Positions 1-10,214 of a stretch of DNA of 64,000 nucleotides are shown in pieces. Numbering within the stretch: position 1 is the stretch's first letter; each line of letters begins with the position of its first letter. Source of the DNA: an uncultured Lachnobacterium sp. (GTDB lineage Bacteria; Bacillota; Clostridia; Lachnospirales; Lachnospiraceae); NCBI GenBank assembly GCA_937889225.1, contig CALAST010000079.1, positions 30,542-94,541 of the forward strand, read 5' to 3'. The notes below the pieces were generated by a model that saw only the letters and a program-made list of their open reading frames with translations, had not been told where the DNA came from and did not search any database. A program made the translations under genes and the position numbers.

Positions 1-524
1 CCCCATTTTTTGGATGTATAATAATTATAATAGCTTGCACGCTGTTTATCCGTTTTGTTGATAATGTCTTTTGCTTTATTTTCCGTTAAATCCATACGTT
101 TGCTGATTAACTTTACTCTGTCCTCCAAATCAGAATGGATAAAGATATTGATACAATCCGGATGATTTGCTAATGCATAGTCTGCACAACGTCCAACAAT
201 TACGCAAGATTCTTTTTCTGCAATATGTTTAATTGCATCAAACTGTGCTAAGAAAACCTTATGGTTCAAAGGCATATCTAAAAATGGTGCTGCCGCATAA
301 TTATTTGCAGAATATGTATCCATTACCAATGAATATAAGAAACTGTTAGTAGGTCTTTCGTCATGTGTTTCAAAAATTTCTTCACAAAAACCGGATTCTT
401 TTGCAGCTTGCTGAAGAATTTCTTTGTCATAACATTTCACCCCCAAACGTTCTGCGAGCTTTTGACCTACTAATAACCCTAAACTACCTAACTCTCTACC
501 AATTGTATAAACTTGAGTTGCCAT
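1..524 (-). CDS. Cytidylate kinase-like family protein (3' end runs off the window)
   Basis: Manual translation from ATG at 524: MATQVYTIGRELGSLGLLVGQKLAERLGVKCYDKEILQQAAKESG..., later IVGRCADY. Typical of the cytidylate kinase-like family. Confidence 0.8.
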   Translation of the reverse strand, partial: MATQVYTIGRELGSLGLLVGQKLAERLGVKCYDKEILQQAAKESGFCEEIFETHDERPTNSFLYSLVMDTYSANNYAAAPFLDMPLNHKVFLAQFDAIKHIAEKESCVIVGRCADYALANHPDCINIFIHSDLEDRVKLISKRMDLTENKAKDIINKTDKQRASYYNYYTSKKW

Positions 525-581
525 AAAATTCACGCCCCTTACTGTATAAAAATACAAAATTCTTTACTATATTATACTAAA

Positions 582-1505
582 CTAGAGCAAATTTTTCAAC
601 CTTGATAATAAATTTTCAAAATATTCAGGCAATGGTGCTTCAAATTCCATATAGTTCTGCGTGGTCGGATGCACAAATCCAATTGTTTTTGCATGTAAAG
701 TTTGTCCTGTCAGATTTTTGAATGCTGTTTTTCCACTTGCGTATAGGTTATCTCCTAACAATGGATGACCAATACTTGACATATGCACACGAATCTGATG
801 TGTTCTTCCCGTTTCCAGTTTAAACTGCATATACGTGTAATTTCCAAAACGTTCCAGAACTTTATAATGTGTAATGGCCGGCTTTCCATTCTTTTCATTG
901 ATAGCCATCTTCTTTCTGTCTGTCGGATGTCTCCCAATTGCACCTTCAATCGTTCCTTCGTCATTTTTTACATTTCCATAAACAATACCTTCATAAATAC
1001 GATTTACCGAATGTTCTTTAATCTGCTCTGCAATATTCACATGACTAATATCATTTTTACATACAATCAAAGAACCTGTAGTATCCATATCAATCCGATG
1101 CACAATACCCGGACGAATTTCTCCGTTAATACCGCTTAAACTATCTTTACAGTGATATAAGATGCCATTTACCAATGTTCCTGAATAATGGCCGGCTGAT
1201 GGATGCACAACCATCCCCTTTGGTTTATTCACAATCAAAACATCCTGGTCTTCATAAAGAATGTCCAGCGGAATATTTTCCGGTTCAATAGCTGTTTCCG
1301 TTGCATCCGGAAAATGTATCGTAACCACATCTTCTGCTTTCATCCGGTAATTGGCTTTTTCAGGCTTATCATTCACCAAAACTGCGGATTCTTTGATTAA
1401 TTTTTGAAAAAAAGAGCGTGAAAAATCTGGATAAATAAGGCTTACATATTTATCCAGACGCTCATTTTCCTGTTCTAATAATACTTCAAATATTTCTGTT
1501 TTCAT
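582..1505 (-). CDS. rluD: RluA/RluD family 23S rRNA pseudouridine synthase
   Basis: N-terminal S4 domain, VHRIDMDTTG catalytic motif, GRTHQIRVH. Start moved to MKTEIF. Confidence 0.9.
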   Translation of the reverse strand: MKTEIFEVLLEQENERLDKYVSLIYPDFSRSFFQKLIKESAVLVNDKPEKANYRMKAEDVVTIHFPDATETAIEPENIPLDILYEDQDVLIVNKPKGMVVHPSAGHYSGTLVNGILYHCKDSLSGINGEIRPGIVHRIDMDTTGSLIVCKNDISHVNIAEQIKEHSVNRIYEGIVYGNVKNDEGTIEGAIGRHPTDRKKMAINEKNGKPAITHYKVLERFGNYTYMQFKLETGRTHQIRVHMSSIGHPLLGDNLYASGKTAFKNLTGQTLHAKTIGFVHPTTQNYMEFEAPLPEYFENLLSRLKNLL

Positions 1506-1670
1506 AGATAACAATCCTATCTGTTCAAAAATATTAAGCAACTATGTTAATCGAATATTCTCAATTTAACATGCTACTTGTCCATAACAAAATAACTGCC
1601 TTTATATTTGACAAAATGAAATACTTTCTTTCACTATAATTCACTTGAAATAATCTCCGTCTTGCTTCAC

Positions 1671-2246
1671 TCAAATACGTGAAGGAAAAAACACCTCAAA
1701 ATCTTCATCTTTATAATAAAAAAGCCCTAAAACAATCATAAAAAATGCAGATACAGTAACATAAATATCAGCTACATTAAAAATAGGGAAATTAATTAAC
1801 TTAAAGTAAAAGAAATCTATGACATATTGATGTGTGATTCTGTCAATAAAATTGCCGATTGCACCTGCAATGAAAAATAATAAAATCCAATTCATATATC
1901 TATATCTTCTATTCTCTGGGATTCGAAGATATAAAATAACCAAACACAATAAAATAACAACTGTAAAAACAACCAAAAAAACCATTCGAAATGTCAAAAA
2001 CAAATCCGGATTCTTATCAAATGCTGAAATGGAAAATATATTATGAAGCAATGATATCGGGTCCATGCCAAATGCTGCACTTCGATTCTCCAGATATTGT
2101 AACTCAAATATATCTTTGATAATAGGAATTGCGGGCTGATTTTTTAAAAAATATGCTGCAGCATATTTCGTAATCTGGTCAAACAACACCAAAAAAGCAA
2201 TAAAAAAAGTGCTGATAAACATATTTTTTTTTGTTTTTTTAAGCAT
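1671..2246 (-). CDS. lspA: Lipoprotein signal peptidase II
   Basis: DQITK, ENRSAAFG, GAIGNFIDR, VIDFF and FNVAD motifs. Confidence 0.93.
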   Translation of the reverse strand: MLKKTKKNMFISTFFIAFLVLFDQITKYAAAYFLKNQPAIPIIKDIFELQYLENRSAAFGMDPISLLHNIFSISAFDKNPDLFLTFRMVFLVVFTVVILLCLVILYLRIPENRRYRYMNWILLFFIAGAIGNFIDRITHQYVIDFFYFKLINFPIFNVADIYVTVSAFFMIVLGLFYYKDEDFEVFFPSRI

Positions 2247-2294
2247 AAATACAATTCTCCTTGTTTATAGCTGTTATAAGAAATCTGCCTACTA

Positions 2295-3071
2295 TTATTT
2301 ATAAAAGGAAAATTTTACACGCAACTTTCCTTTTTTGCTTATACTATTGCAGCTTTCAAATATAAATCGCGTCTTTCCCCTTACAGAAACAATTCCACCA
2401 TCCGGACATGCTTGATTGCAGTTTGTAATTGTTTTTCCATTAATAAACACCTTTTCGGATGCCAAAAGCATTGCCGACTCGCTGCGGGATACATGACATG
2501 CTTTTGCCACAATACAATCAATTCGGTTAGAAGCTATCATATCATAACATTCCTCAAATTGAATACGTGCCTGTAAGTCTTTAAAGTTCATTTCTTCTGA
2601 TAAAGTTACCGCAGTATGACGGATTTGTGAGAGCTGCTCAAAAAGGAAAGGAAGTATTTTTTCACAGCAAAATACATAGTACCCATCTTCGAAACATAAA
2701 ATATCACCTAGTTTACTTCTCTCAATTCCAAGACTCATAAGAGCACCTAAAATATCTCTATGAGTGAGTTTTTCTGCATATTTTGGATATTTCGCCACAA
2801 TATGAATACAACGAATAGGATATTCTAAATCTGTTTCATAGCTTTTATATTCATAATAAAGAGCATCAGGAATGAATGCAATCATCTGACGCTCCGCATT
2901 AGAATAACCACCAAAGCAAATTGCTTTCGTTAAAAGCGTTTTTTCGATGGTATGATATAGATTTAATTCATTTAGATTAAGAAAATCGCTAAATATAACA
3001 ATATCTTTCATATCTGCCTGTCTGGATAAATCCATCAGACGTTTTTTACATAATTCCTGCTCTTTCATCAT
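2295..3071 (-). CDS. ylmH: YlmH family S4 RNA-binding protein
   Basis: FGGYSNAER, HRDILGALMSLGIERSKLGDI, C-terminal S4 domain; adjacent to sepF. Confidence 0.88.
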   Translation of the reverse strand: MMKEQELCKKRLMDLSRQADMKDIVIFSDFLNLNELNLYHTIEKTLLTKAICFGGYSNAERQMIAFIPDALYYEYKSYETDLEYPIRCIHIVAKYPKYAEKLTHRDILGALMSLGIERSKLGDILCFEDGYYVFCCEKILPFLFEQLSQIRHTAVTLSEEMNFKDLQARIQFEECYDMIASNRIDCIVAKACHVSRSESAMLLASEKVFINGKTITNCNQACPDGGIVSVRGKTRFIFESCNSISKKGKLRVKFSFYK

Positions 3072-3628
3072 TAAAAGCTAAATCCACTCGTATCAGAATC
3101 GAGAGAATCCAAAATATTATGGATATCGCCTGAAATATCTACACCATTTGGTGTAGCGAGGAAAATATAATTAGAGATTTTCTGAAGATTTCCCTGCATT
3201 GCATAAGAAGAACCGGATGTGAAATCAATAATACGCTGTGCAATTTCGACATTTAATCCTTCCACATTAATAAGCACCGTTTTTCCACTTAATAATGTAT
3301 TTGTAATTTCAAGTTCATCTTCCATTTTTGTTGGTTTAAATACACATACTTCCATATTTCCCATTGTTGCCTGCTTTCTTTGTGATTTATTAATCGGAGT
3401 AATCTTAGAGTTATTATTGGAAACCGGTTTTTCTTTTGGTATTTCTTTCGGTTCTCTTTTTGGCTCTCTCTTTACTTCCGGTTTTACTTCTTTTCTACGG
3501 GAAGCTCGCTTTGGTTTTTCATCTTCTTCATACTCGTCTTCGTCTTCCCAATATTCTTCATTGTCAAACTCATAGTCATCATCATCATTTAATCGCATTA
3601 CATCTAAAAATTTATCTATTACACTCAT
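3071..3628 (-). CDS. sepF: Cell division protein SepF
   Basis: AQRIIDFTSG...GNLQKIS..IFLATP motif; follows yggS. Confidence 0.92.
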   Translation of the reverse strand: MSVIDKFLDVMRLNDDDDYEFDNEEYWEDEDEYEEDEKPKRASRRKEVKPEVKREPKREPKEIPKEKPVSNNNSKITPINKSQRKQATMGNMEVCVFKPTKMEDELEITNTLLSGKTVLINVEGLNVEIAQRIIDFTSGSSYAMQGNLQKISNYIFLATPNGVDISGDIHNILDSLDSDTSGFSF

Positions 3629-3679
3629 ATATTACCACCTTATTTTTAAAATATTTTAATAAGTTCCAAATCCTATTAC

Positions 3680-4369
3680 TTAATTATAAATTCGCTCACC
3701 AAAAATCCCCGTACCTACGCGTACCATGGTTGCACCTTCTTCAATTGCAACCATATAATCTCCTGTCATTCCCATAGATAGGATATTCATACTAACATTA
3801 TCTATGTTTTGATTATCGATGTCAACTGCTAATTCCTTAATCTGACGAAAAAAACAGCGATTATCTTCCGGATTTTCCACGTATGGGGCAATTGTCATAA
3901 GTCCTTTGATTCGCACATGTGGAAATTTAGAAATTTCTTTGATTAAGTCAAGCGTTTCCTGTTTGGAAATGCCAAATTTTGTTTCTTCGTTTGCAATATT
4001 TACCTCAATTAAAACATCCATAATAATGTCTGATTTAGCTGCCTGTTTTTCGATTTCTGCCGCTAATTTCAAACTATCTACAGAATGAATTAACGTTGTT
4101 TTTCCAATCAGATATTTTACTTTATTTGTTTGTAAATGACCAATCATATGCCAACAAATATCATTTGGAAGCTGCTCATATTTATCGCACATTTCCTGCA
4201 CTTTATTTTCTCCAAAATGTCGGATATCTGCATCATACGCTTCTTGAAGCATTTCCAACGGCTTTGTTTTGCTGACTGCTATTAATGTTACTTCCTCTCT
4301 ATTTCTGCCTGCATTTTTACAGGCTTTCTGTATATTTTGTTCTATGGATAAAAGTTGTTGTTTTATCAT
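3680..4369 (-). CDS. yggS: YggS family PLP homeostasis protein
   Basis: LIAVSKT, FGENKVQE, WHMIGHLQTNK, LSMGMTGD, VRVGTGIFG. Confidence 0.95.
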   Translation of the reverse strand: MIKQQLLSIEQNIQKACKNAGRNREEVTLIAVSKTKPLEMLQEAYDADIRHFGENKVQEMCDKYEQLPNDICWHMIGHLQTNKVKYLIGKTTLIHSVDSLKLAAEIEKQAAKSDIIMDVLIEVNIANEETKFGISKQETLDLIKEISKFPHVRIKGLMTIAPYVENPEDNRCFFRQIKELAVDIDNQNIDNVSMNILSMGMTGDYMVAIEEGATMVRVGTGIFGERIYN

Positions 4370-4379
4370 ACTTACCTCA

Positions 4380-5771
4380 CTATTTTACTGTCAATTGATT
4401 TTCTTCTATGCTGTCTGCATCCAGAGCAATATGGTCGTACAAGGCAACACCATACGATGTCTTGGTTGATATAATAGCATATTCTTCATTTTCATAAATA
4501 ATTTTAATTTGTTTAAATACGGCGTAGCCTTTGTTAATATTATAAACCCCCACTAAAGAGTCTTTTTCGGTGCCAATTGTATATATATCAGTCGAATCCG
4601 GTATATCGACAATATCTCCTTCACTAACCTTTTCGCTGTCTACATAATAATGTGTCTCAGATTCATAATATATCGTAGGTGTGACAAATTGAGAATCTGT
4701 GCTTTCTTGAGAAGATATTGATGTCAACTGCAATCCTAATGCATCCGATTCTTCTTTTTTCGTAAAATACTCTTTCGGTATTGTAAAAAATTCCTTTGAT
4801 GTAATAGCAGATTTTGGGATTTTCAGCCCTGTATCATCATTTAAAAGCAACTCAATATCAATAAAACGGTCATTGATATAGCGAATCATAGCACGTTGCA
4901 AAGAAAGATTCAAATAATAATTGCCACTTTCTTTTAAAATAGTGTAAGCGGCACTTGTCTTATAATCATCTTTACAAAACCGTATATCTACATAGCTTCC
5001 ATTCTCCAATTCCTGTGCAAGACTTTCCGGAATCGGAAGCAAAATATTCCACTTTTCACTATTGACACGTTTATAAACAGGGTCTCCCTCCGACACTTTC
5101 GTATTGGAAGTTAGAATTTTCTTCTTATACTCTTGTGTATTAAAATCATTTGCGGTAAAGTTTTCTGTAGTCTTTCCCTCATATCCATCAATCTGGTATA
5201 CAATAATGCCATCTGAAGGTGAAGTTGCCTTAAAAAAGCTGCTTCCTTCCGCATTCTTTATATCTTCTGATAGGTCAGACATAGCAAATGTATGAATTGT
5301 CTGCAAAATTTCAGAATTTAAATTGTTGTAAAACGAATAACTTTCGGAAAAATTACCGGAACTGTATGTAGTAAAAAAACTATCAATATGCGTAGAAACT
5401 TCATTTATAAGCTCTGCATTTAGTAATTGTTCGGAATAATTAGAACCGGAAATTTCTTTTGAAATACTTCCTGTTGTATCAATGGAATACACAATATCAT
5501 GTACGGATACTTTCGCAGCATTTTTTACATAATAATTAATATAACCGGATTGATTTGCATATTCCACAGTTTCATCTCTATAAATAATTCCCTGAAAGGT
5601 ATAATTAGAAGCTATCGTGCCTTGTGTTACTTTATATTTTGCAACCGGAATTTTCGTAAAATAAGTAAACACATTAAATAATACATATATGATAATAATG
5701 AAAAAAACAACAAAACCAATATTGAAATTCATTGTATTTCTAAATTTAACGATATTTCGCTTTTCTGCCAA
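4380..5771 (-). CDS. Conserved single-TM membrane-fusion (HlyD-like) protein
   Basis: N-terminal TM helix and barrel-sandwich-like SPSDGIIVYQIDGYE segment; commonly upstream of yggS in Clostridia. Confidence 0.6.
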   Translation of the reverse strand: MAEKRNIVKFRNTMNFNIGFVVFFIIIIYVLFNVFTYFTKIPVAKYKVTQGTIASNYTFQGIIYRDETVEYANQSGYINYYVKNAAKVSVHDIVYSIDTTGSISKEISGSNYSEQLLNAELINEVSTHIDSFFTTYSSGNFSESYSFYNNLNSEILQTIHTFAMSDLSEDIKNAEGSSFFKATSPSDGIIVYQIDGYEGKTTENFTANDFNTQEYKKKILTSNTKVSEGDPVYKRVNSEKWNILLPIPESLAQELENGSYVDIRFCKDDYKTSAAYTILKESGNYYLNLSLQRAMIRYINDRFIDIELLLNDDTGLKIPKSAITSKEFFTIPKEYFTKKEESDALGLQLTSISSQESTDSQFVTPTIYYESETHYYVDSEKVSEGDIVDIPDSTDIYTIGTEKDSLVGVYNINKGYAVFKQIKIIYENEEYAIISTKTSYGVALYDHIALDADSIEENQLTVK

Positions 5772-5839
5772 AATAATTCACCTCAATTTTTTTACAATAT
5801 AATCTATTCTACCACTAATTATTGGTAAAGACAAGCAAT

Positions 5840-5868
5840 GTATAGATTCTGTTTTTCAGGAAATACTA
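5840..5868 (+). promoter_or_regulatory. Putative forespore sigmaF/sigmaG-type promoter
   Basis: GTATA-N14-GGAAATACTA upstream of the DUF378 gene; resembles the Bacillus GYATA-N14/15-GGnnAnAHTR consensus. Confidence 0.45.
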
Positions 5869-5949
5869 GAAGTATCAGTAACTTGCATCGCAATTATGAA
5901 AGTACTGAATAATTATGATTATTAAATGAACTAGGAGGAAATACAAAAA

Positions 5950-6159
5950 ATGAAGTGGTTGGATAATACATTACTGACATTGGCAATTATCGGTTGTATT
6001 AACTGGGGACTTATCGGTTTTTTCCGATTTGACTTAGTTTCCTTTATTTTTGGCGATATGACTTGGATATCCAGAATCGTCTACGCTTTGGTTGGTTTAA
6101 GCGGAATTTACATGTTAACATTTTATGGCCGCATTCGTTCTGGAATGATTGAGGAATAG
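5950..6159 (+). CDS. DUF378 (YuzA-like) small membrane protein
   Basis: IIGCINWGLIGFFRFDLV...SRIVYALVGLSG; strong AGGAGG RBS. Confidence 0.88.
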   Translation: MKWLDNTLLTLAIIGCINWGLIGFFRFDLVSFIFGDMTWISRIVYALVGLSGIYMLTFYGRIRSGMIEE

Positions 6160-6175
6160 ATGCTCGGCATACAAC

Positions 6176-6203
6176 AAAAAGGTGCTGCATTTCTGCAGCA
6201 CCT
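6176..6203. terminator. Intrinsic terminator between convergent genes
   Basis: Hairpin aggtgctgca-tttc-tgcagcacct with an adjacent A-tract. Confidence 0.7.
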
Positions 6204-6227
6204 AACTATGTAATATTGCATGGATTT

Positions 6228-6650
6228 TTATAAAGCAACAATTACTTTTGCTTTTGCACAAGCCGGTAATTCATCTTCATCTTTGGAAACACTTAAGATA
6301 AAGCGAACTTTATATTTTTCGCTGATAATATCAAGTTTTTCAATGGCTTTTGTAATTTCAGATTCTGTTTCTAAAGATGCTATGGTAAGGAAGCTGTCAA
6401 GATACATTTCTTCAAGGTCATTATCCTGTGAAATAATTCCGCTAATAAATCCTAAAAATTCATCACAATTTGTAACCGGAAAATCCATTACATTAATAAG
6501 ACGAACCTTATTATTTAATTCAAACATGTGTTTCTGGCTCTTATCTAAGTATACAACATTACCACTTGCTGTCTGAACTGAAGCATTTACCCTTTCTAAA
6601 AGTTCTTTGGTTTTTCCCTTTCCTTTTACACCACAGATAATTTCAATCAT
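6228..6650 (-). CDS. Conserved small P-loop-like protein
   Basis: N-terminal GVKGKGKT; 140 aa; RBS AGGAGG. Confidence 0.6.
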   Translation of the reverse strand: MIEIICGVKGKGKTKELLERVNASVQTASGNVVYLDKSQKHMFELNNKVRLINVMDFPVTNCDEFLGFISGIISQDNDLEEMYLDSFLTIASLETESEITKAIEKLDIISEKYKVRFILSVSKDEDELPACAKAKVIVAL

Positions 6651-6746
6651 GGCAAGTCCTCCTAAAATTTAAATATTGTGAAACTATTTAATCAATTATT
6701 CACTAATTAATCTAATTATAGAACATTTGTATAGAAAATACAATCA

Positions 6747-7733
6747 TTAATTCGCAAATCGTGACAAAATCTGATTCATTAATAAATATAAATTGTATCT
6801 TCCATCTGCTTTAAATACGATACTTATAATATCATCTCCTGCCGGATTTTTGGAATAAAGCACAAGACAATAACCGGCATCATAAGTAGTTCCTGTTTTT
6901 CCGCCAATAACCGTAAAACCTTCCGGTGTGTCTACGGTATTATTTAAGTAGCGGTTGCTGTTATGGAATGTTTTTTCAACTGTTTCACCGGAAATATTCG
7001 TATAAGCACATTCATGTGAAGCTGTATTAATGATAGTTACAAACTCCTCCATTTTTAATGCCTCATTAAAAATAAGATACATATCATATACTGTAGTATA
7101 ATGTTCGTCATGTGACAAACCGCTTGGATTCATAAAATGGGAATTTGTCGCACCAATGTGTAACGCTTCCTGATTCATCACTTCCGCAAATGCTTCCACG
7201 CTTCCGGAATAATGTTCTGCTAATGCTTCTGCAGCATCATTTCCGCTGTTAAGCATTAAACCATATAATAAATCGCGTACCGTAATATTATCGCCTGCTT
7301 TTAACCCACATACAGAAGAATCGCTTGCTTGGTCGGCAGCAGACTCACTAACGGTAACAACGCTATTTAAATCCGCATATTTTAAAATAATATAAGCAGT
7401 CAGTACTTTTGTTGTGCTGGCAGGATATAATTTTCCAAACAAATTCTGGCTATAAAGCACTTCTTTTTTGGTTACATTAAATACACCTGCCCCTTGTGCC
7501 ACCTGAGAATCTGTTTGGTCTGTTCCAAAGTCTACATTTTGTGTGACACAAAGCTCACTTGCAAAATAGTTAGTATCGATGTCGTCTTCCACATGAATCA
7601 AAGAATTGTCATACGAATAAACATCATATGCATTGTCATAAGGAACAGATGTCTGCCCACATCCGCCCAACAAAACAACTGCTATGCACAGTAGGCATAA
7701 CAGTTGCATGAATTTTCTATTTATACATTTCAC
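6747..7733 (-). CDS. D-alanyl-D-alanine carboxypeptidase (peptidase S11), probable lipoprotein
   Basis: PASTTK (SxxK), SGN and KTG motifs; lipobox-like LLGGC. Confidence 0.9.
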   Translation of the reverse strand: MKCINRKFMQLLCLLCIAVVLLGGCGQTSVPYDNAYDVYSYDNSLIHVEDDIDTNYFASELCVTQNVDFGTDQTDSQVAQGAGVFNVTKKEVLYSQNLFGKLYPASTTKVLTAYIILKYADLNSVVTVSESAADQASDSSVCGLKAGDNITVRDLLYGLMLNSGNDAAEALAEHYSGSVEAFAEVMNQEALHIGATNSHFMNPSGLSHDEHYTTVYDMYLIFNEALKMEEFVTIINTASHECAYTNISGETVEKTFHNSNRYLNNTVDTPEGFTVIGGKTGTTYDAGYCLVLYSKNPAGDDIISIVFKADGRYNLYLLMNQILSRFAN

Positions 7734-8112
7734 GCCACTCTAAATCTCCTCTATCTAATGCTCTAATTAACAATTCAGCCGTAGCAAGATTCGTTGCTAA
7801 AGGAATATTATGTTCGTCACATAACCGTACAATAATATTGATGTCCGGTTCGTGGGATTTTGGTCTTAGTGGGTCTCTTAAGAAAATGACCATATCGATA
7901 TCGTTATGCTCAATCTGTGCACCTAATTGCTGAGAGCCCCCTAAATGCCCAGCCAGATATTTGCGTACAGATAAATTCGCCACTTCTTCAATTAATCTTC
8001 CCGTTGTGCCTGTTGCAAAAAGTTCATGTTTTGCTAAAATTCCTCTGTAAGCAATACAGAAATTTTGCATCAGTTTTTTCTTTGCATCATGTGCAACAAG
8101 TCCTATATTCAT
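7717..8112 (-). CDS. mgsA: Methylglyoxal synthase
   Basis: IGLVAHDAKK, ATGTTG, HEPDI, PLATNLATAE. Confidence 0.93.
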   Translation of the reverse strand: MNIGLVAHDAKKKLMQNFCIAYRGILAKHELFATGTTGRLIEEVANLSVRKYLAGHLGGSQQLGAQIEHNDIDMVIFLRDPLRPKSHEPDINIIVRLCDEHNIPLATNLATAELLIRALDRGDLEWREMYK

Positions 8113-8126
8113 TAGTTCTCCTCCTC

Positions 8127-9245
8127 CTAATATTTTTTCGGTTGTAATCCAACATTTAGTACAAATCCCATACCCAAGAATATCGAAACAATCGATGTTA
8201 GTCCATAGCTGACAAATGGTAAAGGAATCCCTGTATTGGGGAATAAGCCGGTAGCAACACAGATATTAACAAAACTCTGAAATCCTACTAATGCAGCCAT
8301 TCCGCAGCAGATTAAACGCCCCTGTAAATCTTTTGCTCTGCTTCCAATATAAATACATTCAATTACAATTAAAAATAATAAAACAATAACAGTAGCCGTA
8401 CCTACAAATCCTAATTCTTCTCCGATAACCGCAAAAATAAAGTCGGTCTGTGGTTCAATGATATACCCCGTATTTTTCAAAGAAGCGGCTTCGGAATTGT
8501 TCAGCCCTTTCCCCCATAGCTGACCGGAACCGATTGCCATAATAGAATTTTGCTGTTGCCATGCCAAATGGGCAAACCGGTCGTCTTCCGGATAAAGCCA
8601 TGCTAAAATACGCTCAATCTGATAAGGAACTTCCGTTTCTGTAGACTGTGCCAATTGCACAACATAAACCAAAAGTACAATCGCAATCGGGACAACGATA
8701 GCCAGTACGCTTACTATTATTTTATAACTTAATCCGGCAATAAACAAGAGTACAACGAAAATAATTGAAGAAACAATCGTTGTAGAAAGGTCCGGCTGTG
8801 TAAGAATTAAAATCAGCGGAACTACTACAAGGGCAAAAGATGCTCCTATCACTTTTACACTATTTAAATTTTCATTGTATTTGACAAAAAATGCTGCAAA
8901 AAATAATACAATTACAATTTTCGCCAATTCAGACGGCTGAAATGTAAAACTGCCTAATTTAATCCAGCGTTGTGCTCCGCCGGCAGAATGTCCAAGTGGA
9001 GATTCTACCAGCAAAAGCAAACCAATAATTCCAAAATAATAAATCCATGAGAATTTTAATATAAAGTTGTAATCAATCAGAGACACGATTGTCATAAGAA
9101 TAAGCCCCAGTACAAAACCAACTACCTGTTTGCTTTGTACGGATTCTTTTGCACTTCCAATTATCATAATTCCAATAACGGTTAGTGCACATATATATAT
9201 AATTAATTGAAAATGATAATTCTTTAGTTTGTATTGTTTTGGCAT
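8127..9245 (-). CDS. rodA: SEDS family peptidoglycan polymerase RodA
   Basis: FQPSELAK, QPDLST, TDFIFAVIGEELGF, PLPFVSYG; lies in the mre/pbp2 cluster. Confidence 0.9.
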   Translation of the reverse strand: MPKQYKLKNYHFQLIIYICALTVIGIMIIGSAKESVQSKQVVGFVLGLILMTIVSLIDYNFILKFSWIYYFGIIGLLLLVESPLGHSAGGAQRWIKLGSFTFQPSELAKIVIVLFFAAFFVKYNENLNSVKVIGASFALVVVPLILILTQPDLSTTIVSSIIFVVLLFIAGLSYKIIVSVLAIVVPIAIVLLVYVVQLAQSTETEVPYQIERILAWLYPEDDRFAHLAWQQQNSIMAIGSGQLWGKGLNNSEAASLKNTGYIIEPQTDFIFAVIGEELGFVGTATVIVLLFLIVIECIYIGSRAKDLQGRLICCGMAALVGFQSFVNICVATGLFPNTGIPLPFVSYGLTSIVSIFLGMGFVLNVGLQPKKY

Positions 9246-9246
9246 A

Positions 9247-9456
9247 TTAAACTCTTTTCTTATCCTGTTTTAATGTAACTTTGATTTCAAACATATCCGG
9301 TGATAAATCAAAATGTCTGCTGATAAGCGTTGAGATATCTTTTTTCAACTGAGAAATATCACAGGCAGAATGTTCAATATTATCTGTTTCCATCATTAAT
9401 TTCAAACGCTCTTTCGCTATAAAAGAAGAACGATTTTTGTTTTTACGAAAAATCAT
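9247..9456 (-). CDS. minE: Cell division topological specificity factor MinE (short)
   Basis: SSFIAKERLKLM motif directly downstream of minD. Start moved to MIFRK. Confidence 0.75.
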   Translation of the reverse strand: MIFRKNKNRSSFIAKERLKLMMETDNIEHSACDISQLKKDISTLISRHFDLSPDMFEIKVTLKQDKKRV

Positions 9457-10198
9457 ACACCATCTCTCCTTCCAAACTGATTTCATTTATCATTTGTTTG
9501 GCAAGTTGAAGATAGGTTTTTGCAGCTTTTGAACGTAAAGCCACCACCGGAATGCCCTTGTTCTGGCTAATTAGTATTTTGTTGTCATGGGAAATTGTTC
9601 CAAGGATTGGGATGTCAAACAATTCTGCAATGTCCTTTTTCGAAAGCATATGATGCTTTCTTGCCAATTTGTCATCATAATCATTGAGAATCAGGTCAAC
9701 TTTTTCAATGGAACTTCCTTTTAAAATATTAAGTACTCTGCTTGCATCTTTTACGGCAGAAATTTGAGGCGTTGTCAGTAAAATTGCCCTATCTGCGACA
9801 GAAATAGCAAAGCGAAATCCTTGCTCAATCCCTGCCGGACAATCGACCAGACAATAATCAAATTCCTTTGTCAAATGATACATCAAATTTTTAAAGGCTT
9901 GCTCATATTTATCCATGGAAACGCATTTTAAGGATGCAGGAATCAGGAATAGATTTGGAAAACGCTTGTCCCGAATCAAAGCCTGATTCAATCTGCACTT
10001 ACCTTCCAATAAGTCTAAAAGATTGTAATTGATACGGTCTTCTAAACCCATAACAACATCTAAATTGCGAAGTCCCATGTCAGTATCCAACATGACAACT
10101 TTTTTATCTAACTGTGAAAGTCCTGCACCAATGTTAGCAATTGTTGTTGTCTTGCCAACACCGCCTTTTCCTGAAGTGAAAACAATCGTTTCACCCAT
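9443..10198 (-). CDS. minD: Septum site-determining ATPase MinD
   Basis: SGKGGVGKTT, DMGLRNLDVVMG, DCPAGIEQGF. Confidence 0.95.
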   Translation of the reverse strand: MGETIVFTSGKGGVGKTTTIANIGAGLSQLDKKVVMLDTDMGLRNLDVVMGLEDRINYNLLDLLEGKCRLNQALIRDKRFPNLFLIPASLKCVSMDKYEQAFKNLMYHLTKEFDYCLVDCPAGIEQGFRFAISVADRAILLTTPQISAVKDASRVLNILKGSSIEKVDLILNDYDDKLARKHHMLSKKDIAELFDIPILGTISHDNKILISQNKGIPVVALRSKAAKTYLQLAKQMINEISLEGEMVYDFS

Positions 10199-10214
10199 GA
10201 AAATAAACCTCCTG